This document shows, piece by piece, positions 1-9,176 of a stretch of 53,068 nt of DNA. How positions within the stretch are numbered: position 1 is the stretch's first letter; each line of letters opens with the position of its first letter. The stretch is from Myxococcota bacterium (GTDB lineage: Bacteria; Myxococcota; XYA12-FULL-58-9; JALHOP01): the NCBI GenBank assembly GCA_041288095.1, contig JBGGMJ010000192.1:1-53068 (forward strand), given 5' to 3'. The notes beneath the pieces were generated by a model, which was given only the letters and a program-made list of their open reading frames with translations, made no database searches and was not told the origin of the DNA. The translations under genes and the position numbers were made by a program.

Positions 1-877
1 CGCCGACGAAGTAGCTGCCGTCGTCGTTGCCGACCGCGAAACAGGTCGCGGCCGGATGCTTTTCGATGAGCCCGAAGAGAGTTCGCACGGGATCGATGAC
101 GGCTCCGCGAGGTGTTTTCAGTCGCGTGGCGCGCGCCAGGACGATCTTCTCCATGGCGCCGGCACCGATGACCTCGCACGCTGCCTCGACGCGCTTCGCC
201 CATGCATCTTCCGCCTCGAGCGAAACCCAGGCGTTGCGGCCAACGCGGGGCGCCATACTTGGCGCTTGACCATGACGGTGCGCTGGCGTACGCCCCAGCG
301 CCGCAAGCTCGGCGAGCAACGTCGTGACGATGGCGTCGCGTTGATCGGCGGGTCTGACCCAGGTCGTGATCACGGCCCGGGGCTCGCCGTCGCCGGCAAG
401 CAACATGGTGCGTGGGATCCAGAAGCGCGCATCCGGCCAGCCTGCCCAGGCCTCGGCCGCGAAGAGCTCCTGACGTTTCGAGCCGCTCTCAGCGAAAGCC
501 GCCCCGCCTACCCACAGCGGAGTTCGCTCCGAGACCCCGACCATTTTGAGTTCACGAACGCGTGAACAATGTTCCATCGCCGATGCGAAGCGCGAGGCAG
601 CGGCGCCGTGCGCGATCTCGATGGGGCCCCAGGCGATGATGGTTTGCTCGCCACGTGGGCGGCGCAACACGAAGGGGAGCTCGGCGCCGAGCGCGAGGGG
701 CGCGTAGCGCGCGAGGATATCGACGTCTCCCAGAGCGAATTCGCAGCGCAGAAGACAGGGAGCGGCGCTCTCGCGAGCCGCCGCCAAAGCGTGGTCGACG
801 TCGGCCAAATGGTTGGCCGAAAGGGTCGGGTGGGTGGCGCTTTTGCCGTTCGAAATGCCCAGTGCTGTTGCCTGCAT
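1..877 (-). CDS. menF: Isochorismate synthase (MenF/chorismate-binding family), 3' end truncated by the window edge
   Basis: Not in the ORF track because it runs off the window. Manual translation from ATG 877 is open to base 1 and includes LWVGGAAF, WAGWPDARFWIP, EKIVLAR and TCFAVGNDDGSYFVG, typical of isochorismate synthases. AGAGG RBS lies upstream. Confidence 0.8.
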   Translation of the reverse strand, partial: MQATALGISNGKSATHPTLSANHLADVDHALAAARESAAPCLLRCEFALGDVDILARYAPLALGAELPFVLRRPRGEQTIIAWGPIEIAHGAAASRFASAMEHCSRVRELKMVGVSERTPLWVGGAAFAESGSKRQELFAAEAWAGWPDARFWIPRTMLLAGDGEPRAVITTWVRPADQRDAIVTTLLAELAALGRTPAHRHGQAPSMAPRVGRNAWVSLEAEDAWAKRVEAACEVIGAGAMEKIVLARATRLKTPRGAVIDPVRTLFGLIEKHPAATCFAVGNDDGSYFVG

Positions 878-894
878 GGCGTTCGGCCTCTTGC

Positions 895-918
895 GTTGTT
901 CACGACTTTGTGAACAAC
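895..918. promoter_or_regulatory. Operator-like palindrome GTTGTTCAC-N6-GTGAACAAC between menF and the divergent regulator
   Basis: Perfect 9-bp inverted repeat. It overlaps the predicted start of a minus-strand TTGCCA(952-947)-N18-TATAGT(928-923) promoter. Confidence 0.7.
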
Positions 919-945
919 TTGGACTATAGTTGAGTGGGGCGCGAC

Positions 946-1527
946 ATGGCAAGGCCAGCCGAAACAACAACCCACGCAAAATCCCGCCTCGACCGGCGCA
1001 TCGATGACGTGTGCGACGCCGCCGGCGCCTTCATCGAGTACTGGGGCTTCAAACACGTCCTCGGACGAGCTTGGGCGCACCTGGCGCTGCACGTCGGGCC
1101 TATGTCGCAGATCGACCTCGCCGAGCGCATGGATGTCAGCCGCTCGCTCATGAGCGGCGTCATCGCCGAGCTCGAGAAGCGCGGGCTCGTGCGCGCGGTC
1201 TCGCAGCACCGTAATGCGCCTTACGACGCCAACATGGACGTCTGGCCAACCATCGCCGAGGTGCTTCGGTCACGTGAATGGATGCTGCTCGAGCGCGCCC
1301 GCAATGCCCTCGAGGCCGCCATCGAAGAGGCCGACATCGCCGTCGACGCCGGCGAGCTCATCCCCTACGACGTCGGTCGCATGCGCTTGTTGCTCGCGAT
1401 GACGGATGCGGCGCAGAGCTTCTTGCGGATGCTCATCGGCATGCGCGTGCCGCGCGCGGTCGAATCTTTCGGCGGTTGGGTTGCAAAAGCCGCGACCATC
1501 ATTCAATCCATCCGCCGTGGAGAATAG
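946..1527 (+). CDS. GbsR/MarR-family winged-helix transcriptional regulator
   Basis: G-x-F-x-E-x-WGF...GRAWAHL...PMSQIDLAERMDVSRSLMSGVIAELEKRGLV is a GbsR-type HTH; divergent from menF. Confidence 0.8.
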   Translation: MARPAETTTHAKSRLDRRIDDVCDAAGAFIEYWGFKHVLGRAWAHLALHVGPMSQIDLAERMDVSRSLMSGVIAELEKRGLVRAVSQHRNAPYDANMDVWPTIAEVLRSREWMLLERARNALEAAIEEADIAVDAGELIPYDVGRMRLLLAMTDAAQSFLRMLIGMRVPRAVESFGGWVAKAATIIQSIRRGE

Positions 1528-2440
1528 TCAGCCTCTCGCTCCGGCGAGCCAGACCCCCGAGCCCGTGCATCCCGAAGATGGGTTCCGCGCGGGCGAGCCG
1601 GTGATCGTCTTCGATCGCAAACACCGCTCCTTCCTCGTGTTCCCGCTTCCCGGTAAGCGCCTCTCGGTCCAGGCCGGCGCCTTCGACAGCGAGCTGCTGT
1701 TCGGCCAACAACCAGGCACGCGCATCGTCACCATGAAAGGCGAATACCTCACCGCCTATCGGCCGACGCTCGAGGAGTACATCCTCTTGATGCCGCGCGC
1801 CGCGCAGATCATCCCTCCCAAGGACCTGGGCTACATGCTCACCATGGCGGACGTCTTCCCCGGCGCCCACGTGGTCGAAGCGGGTATCGGCTCCGGTGCG
1901 TTGACGTTGGTGCTGCTGCGCGCCGTCGGTGAGCGGGGCAGCGTCACCTCGTACGAGCTGCGCGACGACCACGCCAACTGCGCGCTCAAGAACGTCGAGC
2001 GCTGGCCGGAGTCCGAGCTCATCAAGCGGCTCACCGTCCACAAGATGGACGTCCTCGAGGGCTTGAAGGCCAAGACACGCGTCGACCGCATCTTCTTCGA
2101 TTTGCCGGAGCCCTGGCTCGCGGTGACCGCCGCGGCGGACGCCTTGAAGCCCGGTGGCCTCATGCTTTGCTACTTGCCGACCATGCGTCAGGTCGATCAG
2201 CTGGTGCTCACCATCCTCGACGAGCCGCGCTTCGCCATGCCCGAGGTCGCCGAGGTCATCCTGCGGCCGTGGATGGCGGACCGCACACGATTGCGTCCGG
2301 TGATGCGCATGGTCGGGCACAGCGGCTTCCTCGTCTGTGTACGCCGGCGCGGACCGAAGCCCGACGACGCGAAGGGCGTCCAGGAAGCCATCGATGGTCT
2401 CGATGCTTCGGTCGCTGGCGACCCGCCGCTCGCCGACTGA
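1517..2440 (+). CDS. trmI: tRNA (adenine-58-N1)-methyltransferase
   Basis: MPRAAQIIPPKD, VVEAGIGSGALT, SYELRDDH, FFDLPEPW and HSGFL motifs. GTG start overlaps the regulator stop. Confidence 0.9.
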   Translation: MENSQPLAPASQTPEPVHPEDGFRAGEPVIVFDRKHRSFLVFPLPGKRLSVQAGAFDSELLFGQQPGTRIVTMKGEYLTAYRPTLEEYILLMPRAAQIIPPKDLGYMLTMADVFPGAHVVEAGIGSGALTLVLLRAVGERGSVTSYELRDDHANCALKNVERWPESELIKRLTVHKMDVLEGLKAKTRVDRIFFDLPEPWLAVTAAADALKPGGLMLCYLPTMRQVDQLVLTILDEPRFAMPEVAEVILRPWMADRTRLRPVMRMVGHSGFLVCVRRRGPKPDDAKGVQEAIDGLDASVAGDPPLAD

Positions 2441-2463
2441 AGGCTTGGGGCGACCGCGCCGCT

Positions 2464-2964
2464 TTACTTGTAGCGGCTGTCCCCGAGCGATGACTTCCAG
2501 CCGACGACCTGACAGCGGTGGAGGGCCTGCGCGAGCTCTCCCTCGAGAGCGGCTTTGATCGCGGCGACTTCCTCGGCCGCCTTCTGGTGCTGCCCTGCTT
2601 GGCATGCGAGCTGGTCGAACTTTTGGACTACGTCGGCTCTCAGGATGTGGAACCCGGCCTCCTCGAGACTCTGCTTGTCCGGCCGGGCTTTAGCGAGCGC
2701 GCCTGTCGCGACCCCGACGCCGGTGAGCAGGGCGCCGACCTCTCGCAGCTCGGCATGCGCTCGCGCGCAAGCGGCGCGCAACTCCTCGGGATCCGAGGCG
2801 GCGGACTTGAGCGCACTCTCGAGAGCGGCAACACGCGGCGCGGTACGATTCGCCAGCAGCTCGACTTCTTGGCAGTACTCGCCGCGCGAGCGCTCCCAGC
2901 TGGCGTCCCCGGCGCAGGCGGTCATGGACAACAACAACAACGGTAGAAGCAAGCGCGTCGTCAT
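2464..2964 (-). CDS. Hypothetical helical lipoprotein
   Basis: MTTRLLLPLLLLSMTAC lipobox; coding-like codon bias. Confidence 0.65.
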   Translation of the reverse strand: MTTRLLLPLLLLSMTACAGDASWERSRGEYCQEVELLANRTAPRVAALESALKSAASDPEELRAACARAHAELREVGALLTGVGVATGALAKARPDKQSLEEAGFHILRADVVQKFDQLACQAGQHQKAAEEVAAIKAALEGELAQALHRCQVVGWKSSLGDSRYK

Positions 2965-3022
2965 GACGTACTTGTCGGCGATGCGAGACCACATCGTCAA
3001 ATTGCTCACCCATCGCCGCCGC

Positions 3023-3889
3023 TCAACGCGTGGCGGTGTAGAGCTCCGGGTCGCCGGTGACGACGCTCGTGAAGAAGATGCGCGTCATGTCGTCGTTCAT
3101 CCAGGGATCATCGTCGTTCGCGCCGCTGTTCAGCGAGCTCAGTGGCTGCGGCGTCCCGAAGGCGTCGTTCAAGGCGGCGCGCGTCACGACGTAGAGGTCG
3201 CCATCCGAATAGGCGAGCGTGAGGCCGTCGTTGCGCATCCAGGGGTTGGCCCCCGCGACGCCGAGCATGGTGGTGGTGCTGACATCGAAGTCGGTGCAGC
3301 TCGAGGCCTCTCGCAGGGCTTGCCAGAGCTGGTTGCTGCCGCTGCGGTTGCTGAAGAAGACGACGCCGTAGCCATCGAGAAACTCGGCGCAGCCGGTCTC
3401 ACCGAAGGCGGTGTCGAGGCGATCCAAGCGAACCGGGTTCGACCAGCTACTCGCGCGATCGGGCCGCGTCGCCTCGTACAGATCCGCCTGTACCGAGGGC
3501 AGCGTCGTTGCAAACCGAAGCCGTAGGCCGTCGCGCGACACTTCAGGGGTGTTCGCGCCGAGGCCGTCGAATTCGCTGACCGGCGTCGGTGGGTCCCACG
3601 CATCGTCGGCGGTGTCGCGTGTCGCGTGCCAGATGCGGGAGGTGCCGGAGCGTTGCGATTCGAAGAAAATCTCCAGCATGTCGCCGGTCAACGTCGGATC
3701 GTCGTCCCCGCCCGGAGCGGCGAGCTCCGTGATCAACGTCGCGGGGCCGAACTGTTGCGACGGCACGACGCCGAGGTCGATGACGGGTGGGGTGCAGAGC
3801 TCCTCGGTTCGCGCGTCGAGAAGGGCGGTGCGGCCGCAGGCGACGAGGAGCACTGGAACCAGCAAGCACTCGGCAACGCGTAGTGTCAC
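3023..3889 (-). CDS. Lipoprotein with PD40/WD40-like (TolB-like) beta-propeller repeats
   Basis: LLVAC lipobox; repeated DDDP-x-LTGD-x-LEIFFES-x-R-x-G...W units. Confidence 0.75.
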   Translation of the reverse strand: MTLRVAECLLVPVLLVACGRTALLDARTEELCTPPVIDLGVVPSQQFGPATLITELAAPGGDDDPTLTGDMLEIFFESQRSGTSRIWHATRDTADDAWDPPTPVSEFDGLGANTPEVSRDGLRLRFATTLPSVQADLYEATRPDRASSWSNPVRLDRLDTAFGETGCAEFLDGYGVVFFSNRSGSNQLWQALREASSCTDFDVSTTTMLGVAGANPWMRNDGLTLAYSDGDLYVVTRAALNDAFGTPQPLSSLNSGANDDDPWMNDDMTRIFFTSVVTGDPELYTATR

Positions 3890-4917
3890 GGGCCGTCGTC
3901 GACCTCGTCAGCGAGTGTCGGCTCGCTCACGATCTCGTTGAGCACCACGGTGGCATAACCGCCGGCCGGCAGCTCGAAGCGCACGACGAAGCCGTCGTCG
4001 ACCGCGTCGAAGCCGAAGTCATCGAGTGACAAGCGGTAGGGCCGGCGTGTCCCCGGTAGCTCACGCTTGCGAGCGAAAGCGGCGCGATCGAGACCGGATG
4101 CGGCCAGCACCGCCGCTTCGCGCGTAGCGACCTCGTGACGCGCCTCGCGCATCTTCGGCCCGAACATCGGACCCATGGTGACGACACGGCCGGCGCGCGC
4201 CCGCTCTTCCTCGACCCCGGCGTCGATGGCGACGCTGATGATCCCCAGCTTGCGGTCCGCGATGACGTCGCCGCGCAAGACCCGCGCGAACAAGCCGTCG
4301 GCGACCCGCGCCGCGAGACAAGCGTTGAACAGGGCCGACTGCACGCTCGACAAGGCAAGGCGCCCCAGCATTGCATTGAGCTTGAGCATCTCGCCGCCGA
4401 TGAGCTTGCGGCCAATCACCAAGGTGTTCCCGTCGCGCCCGAAGCGCTGCGGTCCGAAGTAGTTGGGGATGCCGCTGCCGCGCAGCGCTTCGACGAGGCC
4501 GCGCGCGCGTTCGATGTCGGCCGGGGCGACCCCGCGTACGCGAATGATGAAGCGGTTACCCTGGAGGTGCCCGGTGCGCAGGCGTGTCGTGTCGCGTGAG
4601 ACCCTGAGCACCTTGAGCGTCTCATCCTCGATAGCGGACAGGCGGCTCTCGACCCTCGCCGGCAGCGACAACCACTGCCTGGTCACGGCGCGCGCGTCCT
4701 TCAAGCCCGCCGAACCGATCTCGCGGGAATCGAGGTTCAAGCCGCGCGTCAGCCGTTGCATGAGCTGATGCACCGGCAAGTTGCGCTTCTCGATCCAGAC
4801 GTAGAGGTGCTCGCCGCTGCCCGAAGGCTCGGCATCCGGGATCTCCTCGACGATGAAGTCCTCGGGCTCCGTCTTGAGGTGGCCGTGAACCGGCGCGCCA
4901 GCGCTGATCCGCAACAT
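3886..4917 (-). CDS. truD: tRNA pseudouridine(13) synthase
   Basis: PEDFIVEE, AGLKDARAVTRQW, GHLQGNRF, PNYFGPQRFG, FELPAGGYAT. Confidence 0.95.
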   Translation of the reverse strand: MLRISAGAPVHGHLKTEPEDFIVEEIPDAEPSGSGEHLYVWIEKRNLPVHQLMQRLTRGLNLDSREIGSAGLKDARAVTRQWLSLPARVESRLSAIEDETLKVLRVSRDTTRLRTGHLQGNRFIIRVRGVAPADIERARGLVEALRGSGIPNYFGPQRFGRDGNTLVIGRKLIGGEMLKLNAMLGRLALSSVQSALFNACLAARVADGLFARVLRGDVIADRKLGIISVAIDAGVEEERARAGRVVTMGPMFGPKMREARHEVATREAAVLAASGLDRAAFARKRELPGTRRPYRLSLDDFGFDAVDDGFVVRFELPAGGYATVVLNEIVSEPTLADEVDDGP

Positions 4918-4967
4918 CGCGGTCCATGGCGCCTGTGCCCACCGCGTGAGCTGTGCCGGGTCCGTGC

Positions 4968-5330
4968 TCAGCTGACCACTCCCCAGCGCTTGAGCTGCGA
5001 ATACGCCGCGTTGATTTCCTTGGTCTTCTTCTCGGCGACGTCGCGGAACTCGACCGGCATCGTGGCAACGAGGTCGGGATGATACTTACGCACCAGCGCC
5101 TGGTAGGCGGTGCGGATCTCGGTGGCGGTCGATCCGCGGCTCACGCCCAGCACGGCATAGGGCGAATCCATACCCTCGGCGGCCGGTGGCGGTGAGGGCT
5201 CGGCGGGCCGCGGCCCCGCTTGGAAGCGCGGCCCGGTGGGCGCGCCCTGGCCCATCATGGTCCGGACCCGCTTCCAAATCAGGTAGATGACGAGCGCCCA
5301 GAACAAGAGGCGCGCGAGCTGCATCAGCAT
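4968..5330 (-). CDS. Membrane-anchored J-domain (DnaJ-like) protein
   Basis: N-terminal TM helix (LLFWALVIYLIW); C-terminal J domain PYAVLGV...YHPD...EINAAY. Confidence 0.85.
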   Translation of the reverse strand: MLMQLARLLFWALVIYLIWKRVRTMMGQGAPTGPRFQAGPRPAEPSPPPAAEGMDSPYAVLGVSRGSTATEIRTAYQALVRKYHPDLVATMPVEFRDVAEKKTKEINAAYSQLKRWGVVS

Positions 5331-5404
5331 CACGTCGCTTATCGCACGTTCGCTCCACTCCTTGAACCCCTGGGACAACTTGTGTAGCGTCGACGCGGCC
5401 TTAT

Positions 5405-6970
5405 ATGCGCGGAACCCCTGCCTTCAGCGGCCTCGTTGCCCTAGCGGTCACCTTCGCCACGGGATCAGTGTGGGCCCAGGCCGACGAAGGTACGCCCAAG
5501 AAATCGCGGATCGTCTCGATCGTGCGTGGCACCGGCGCCGGGTCCGATAAAGCGGCCGGATTCGTCGGGCACTTCATGCGCGAGGCGCTCTACGCCGATG
5601 AGCGCTACGAGCTCGTCACCATCGACAGCGCCCTCGGCTCCACCGACGATCCACAGCAAGTCCTTACGCGCGCTCAAAACCTGCTCACCCAGGGCCGCGA
5701 CGCCTACGACTCTCTCGATCTCGATCAGGCCGTCGAATACCTGAACGGCGCCCTGCGCGAGCTCGAGCGCCGCGCCTACGTGGTGCGCGACATCAAGCGC
5801 GTCTCCGAGATCCTCATGTTGCTCGGCGCTACCCACATCTTGCGCGGCGAAGACGCCAAGGGCCGCGAGCGTCTAGCGCAGGCTATTACGCTGGACGGCG
5901 CCGCCGAGCCCGACCCGACCATCTTCAACCCGAGCATGCGCACCATCTTCAAGTCGGCCCAGGCCTCGGTGAACAAGGCGCGCAAGGGCTCGATTGCCGT
6001 GAGCTCGAACCCCAGCTACGGCGAGGTCTTCGTCGACGGCAAGTTCGTCGGCATCGCGCCCGTGACCGTCGACAGCACCCTGGAAGGCCGGCACTACGTG
6101 CGTGTCATCCGCGAGGGCTACCGTGAATACGGCACCGTCATTTCCGTCAAAGGCAATGCGGAAGCCAGTGAGGTCGCCGAGCTCGCTCCTTCGCCCAAGC
6201 TCGACGAATACGAGCATCTCGTGAACCTCACGATCGACGCGCGGAACGAGGTCATGCAGAAGCCGAACCCCAAGCCCAACGAGGATCTGCTGACCCTGGC
6301 GTCGCAGCTCGGTGTGCTCTTGGGAGTCGAGCAGGTCTTCCTCACCGATGTGCGCCTCGACGGCGAGCGTGTGCTATTGCGGACGACGCAATTCGATCTC
6401 ACGACCGACGAGAAGATGAAGAGCGCCTCGCACAGTTTCACCTACGACACCGTGGCCGCGAGCTATCAGCGCGAGATCAAGCTGATGATGGAGCGCCATT
6501 TCGCCGCCGAGACGCTCGCCAAGAAGACGGAAGGCTCGATCTTCTACGGCCGTTGGGACACAGGCGGCGGCCTCGTGCACGCGGGCTCCAACGTCTGCAT
6601 GGGCGAGAGCTGCCAAGAGTTCCGTCGCCGCGTGCTCTTCTATGGCGGAATCACCGCGGGCGGGCTGCTGGTCACCGGCGGCATCCTGGCCTACCTGGGC
6701 AAGCACAACAACGACAAGTTCCGCGAGTCACCGCAGGGGACGCCCGAGGGCAACAGCGCCCGCAGCGCCGGTAAGATCGAGGCGATAGCCGGCGACGTGC
6801 TCCTAGGCCTTGGGGTCGCCACCGTGGTGACCGGCACCATCTTGTATTTCTTCTATCATCCGTCGCCGTCGTCGGATGACGTGATGTCGAGGCGCGCGTC
6901 GCTGGTGCCGCAGCTGGACATCGCGCCGATGGTGCGTGGCGGCGCCATGGTGGGCACATGGACGTTCTGA
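5405..6970 (+). CDS. Exported TPR + PEGA domain protein
   Basis: Signal peptide; helical TPR-like region; PEGA (VSSNPSYGEVFVDGKFVG..P...GRHYVRV.REGY); C-terminal hydrophobic hairpins typical of myxobacterial PEGA proteins. Confidence 0.8.
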   Translation: MRGTPAFSGLVALAVTFATGSVWAQADEGTPKKSRIVSIVRGTGAGSDKAAGFVGHFMREALYADERYELVTIDSALGSTDDPQQVLTRAQNLLTQGRDAYDSLDLDQAVEYLNGALRELERRAYVVRDIKRVSEILMLLGATHILRGEDAKGRERLAQAITLDGAAEPDPTIFNPSMRTIFKSAQASVNKARKGSIAVSSNPSYGEVFVDGKFVGIAPVTVDSTLEGRHYVRVIREGYREYGTVISVKGNAEASEVAELAPSPKLDEYEHLVNLTIDARNEVMQKPNPKPNEDLLTLASQLGVLLGVEQVFLTDVRLDGERVLLRTTQFDLTTDEKMKSASHSFTYDTVAASYQREIKLMMERHFAAETLAKKTEGSIFYGRWDTGGGLVHAGSNVCMGESCQEFRRRVLFYGGITAGGLLVTGGILAYLGKHNNDKFRESPQGTPEGNSARSAGKIEAIAGDVLLGLGVATVVTGTILYFFYHPSPSSDDVMSRRASLVPQLDIAPMVRGGAMVGTWTF

Positions 6971-7851
6971 CCCTCCCACGTTTGGCTCTCGCGGTAGCGC
7001 TCGCAACCGCCGCTGCTTGTTCGCTGACCTACGACTGGGACCCCGACGGGCAGCCCTGCCGTCAAAGCGGAGCCGGGGCTACCGCGAGCTTCGAGTGCGA
7101 TGAAGGCTTCAGCTGCTATCAGCGCGCCGGCGTCGCCGTCACCGAGTGTGTCCGCGATGGCAGTCGCCGTCGCGGTGAGGGGTGCTCGCTCGATTCGATG
7201 TGCGAGGAGCCCCTGCAATGTGTCGACGGCGCTTGCCGCGAGAGTTGCGGCGCCAACTATTTCTCGCCCACCGCCTGCCGCGGCGACGAGTTCTGCAAGC
7301 CGTTCCCCAACGAGACCATCGGCTTCTGCACGCGCAGCGAGTGCCTCAACGAGACCTGCCCGACGGGCAACATCTGCGCCGAGATCAAGGACGGCGCTGG
7401 CGCTTGCTTGATCGAGTGCACGCCGAGCTTCACCGACCAATCCTACAGCGACAACTGCGGTAGCACGGGCGGCGAGAACTACTGCCAGGCGGTCGGCCGC
7501 GGCGCGCAACGACGCCTGGTTTGTCTCGACACCTCGCGCAACGGCCAGCCGATCGGCACCTTCTGCAACGTCATCGATCAACCGTGCGCCGCCAACCAGA
7601 CCTACACCGACGGCGCCGGCCAGGTGCGCGTCTTCGGCCTCACCTGCGCGACCAGTCAGTGCGTCGAGCTTTGCGATCCCACGCTCCCGAACCCCGGTTC
7701 GAACACGACGGACTGCGGCGCCAGCACCGCGCGCGGCGCGACCTACTGTTGCGAGCAGATCGGCGCTCGCGACGCTGGTGGCAATCCAACGCGCTGGGGC
7801 ATTTGCATCCCGTTCGGCGGCAGTAGTACCTGCGATCCCGAGCTCTACTAG
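6958..7851 (+). CDS. Cysteine-rich lipoprotein
   Basis: TAAAC lipobox; many short-spaced Cys; overlaps the PEGA gene end, so likely one operon. Confidence 0.75.
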   Translation: MDVLTLPRLALAVALATAAACSLTYDWDPDGQPCRQSGAGATASFECDEGFSCYQRAGVAVTECVRDGSRRRGEGCSLDSMCEEPLQCVDGACRESCGANYFSPTACRGDEFCKPFPNETIGFCTRSECLNETCPTGNICAEIKDGAGACLIECTPSFTDQSYSDNCGSTGGENYCQAVGRGAQRRLVCLDTSRNGQPIGTFCNVIDQPCAANQTYTDGAGQVRVFGLTCATSQCVELCDPTLPNPGSNTTDCGASTARGATYCCEQIGARDAGGNPTRWGICIPFGGSSTCDPELY

Positions 7852-7858
7852 CGAACGC

Positions 7859-8203
7859 TCAGTTACGCAGGAAGTCGGCGAGTCGCACGCGGTCGTCTTC
7901 GGTCATGTCGACGAACTCGATGCCCATGCCGGCGTTGCCTTTGACGCGCGGGTCACGGGTTACCCAGACGACGCGGCCGAGGGCGCGCACCGGGTCTTGT
8001 TCGGGCAGCGGGATGGCCATCTCTAGCTGATCGCCGAGCTCGAGGAGCAAGTCAGAGCGCAAGAAGGCGCCGCCGATGCTGACGTCGACGCTCTCGAAGA
8101 CCAGCTCGCCGCTGCGGTCACCAGTGGCCGCGGCATGTACGTCCACGGAGATGGGACGGCGCGAGTGCTTGCGCTTCGACGAGAGGTTCTTGTCGCTGCT
8201 CAT
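7859..8203 (-). CDS. PilZ domain protein
   Basis: KRKHSR (RxxxR), DVSIGG (DxSxxG), GRVVW, GMGIEF. Confidence 0.85.
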   Translation of the reverse strand: MSSDKNLSSKRKHSRRPISVDVHAAATGDRSGELVFESVDVSIGGAFLRSDLLLELGDQLEMAIPLPEQDPVRALGRVVWVTRDPRVKGNAGMGIEFVDMTEDDRVRLADFLRN

Positions 8204-8264
8204 GGCGTCCTGAAAGCGTAGCACGAAGGCGACTTCCAGCAACTTTCGCTGGCCGTGCCCGAGG

Positions 8265-8711
8265 TCAAACCCGGTGGTACTTCTCGCCGCGGAGAATGGT
8301 GTGCGCGCGGTAGAGCTGTTCGAGCAGCAGCATCTGCGCCATGCGATGCGGCAAGGTCAGTCGCGACAACGCCATGGTCGTGCGCGCCCGTGCTTTGACG
8401 TCGGGATGGAGGCCGTCGGCCCCGCCGAGCACGAGCGCAACCGGCGCCGCGCGTTCCATCCACTGCCGGCACCAGCCGGCGAGCTCCATCGTCGTCGGCT
8501 CCTTGCCTCGTTCGTCGAGAGCGACGACGACGTCGGCCGGCTTGATGAGCTTGAGCAACCCGTCACGTTCGCCGGCCATGTCGCTTTCGCGGACCATCAA
8601 CCGCTCGAGCGGAGCGTAATGCTCGAGGCGCTTGGCGTAGTCGTCCCCGGCCTCGAGTAGCGGGTCGTTGGCTTTACGGCCCACCCACAGGATGCGGTAC
8701 GCGAAGCTCAG
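8265..8711 (-). CDS. rlmH: 23S rRNA m3-pseudouridine-1915 methyltransferase (probable CTG start)
   Basis: ALDERG, LGGADGL, LSRLTLPH, EQLYRA..I..G..YH. The only plausible start before the conserved first strand is CTG overlapping the rsfS TGA. Confidence 0.9.
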   Translation of the reverse strand: MSFAYRILWVGRKANDPLLEAGDDYAKRLEHYAPLERLMVRESDMAGERDGLLKLIKPADVVVALDERGKEPTTMELAGWCRQWMERAAPVALVLGGADGLHPDVKARARTTMALSRLTLPHRMAQMLLLEQLYRAHTILRGEKYHRV

Positions 8712-9091
8712 GACAGTTGTTGGCGTGCTTTGGCGACGGCCGGTGCATTCGCTTCGACGCGGGTGCGGGGCGCTTTTTCGTACAGCGACTCGAGATCGTA
8801 GAGATCGCGCGCGAACTGATGGAAGACGTGGACCACGACGCCGCCGAGGTCGATGAGCGCCCACTGGCCTTCGCGAGCCCCTTCGGCGCCGACGATGGTG
8901 ACGTGCTCTTTCTTGAGCGTGACCTCGACGGACTCGGCGACCGACTGCACGTGGCGATCGCTCGTGCCCGAGGCGATGACGAGGAAGTCGGCGTAGGTGG
9001 AGCGGCTGCGCAAGTCGACGACGACGACGTTCTGCGCTTTCATGTCGAGAGCAATCGCGGCGGCGCGGCGGGCCAGGGCTTCAGTGTCCAG
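8708..9091 (-). CDS. rsfS: Ribosome silencing factor (Iojap family; probable CTG start)
   Basis: ADFLVIASGTSDRHV, WALIDLGGVVVHVF, YDLESLY. AGGAG-N6-CTG with an in-frame TAG just upstream. Confidence 0.9.
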   Translation of the reverse strand: MDTEALARRAAAIALDMKAQNVVVVDLRSRSTYADFLVIASGTSDRHVQSVAESVEVTLKKEHVTIVGAEGAREGQWALIDLGGVVVHVFHQFARDLYDLESLYEKAPRTRVEANAPAVAKARQQLS

Positions 9092-9176
9092 AACGTTCTC
9101 CTACGGGCGAAGATACGCTCGCTGACGCGATCTGTAAACGCCGTATGGACGCCTAACGACCCGGGGTGGCGGGGCG

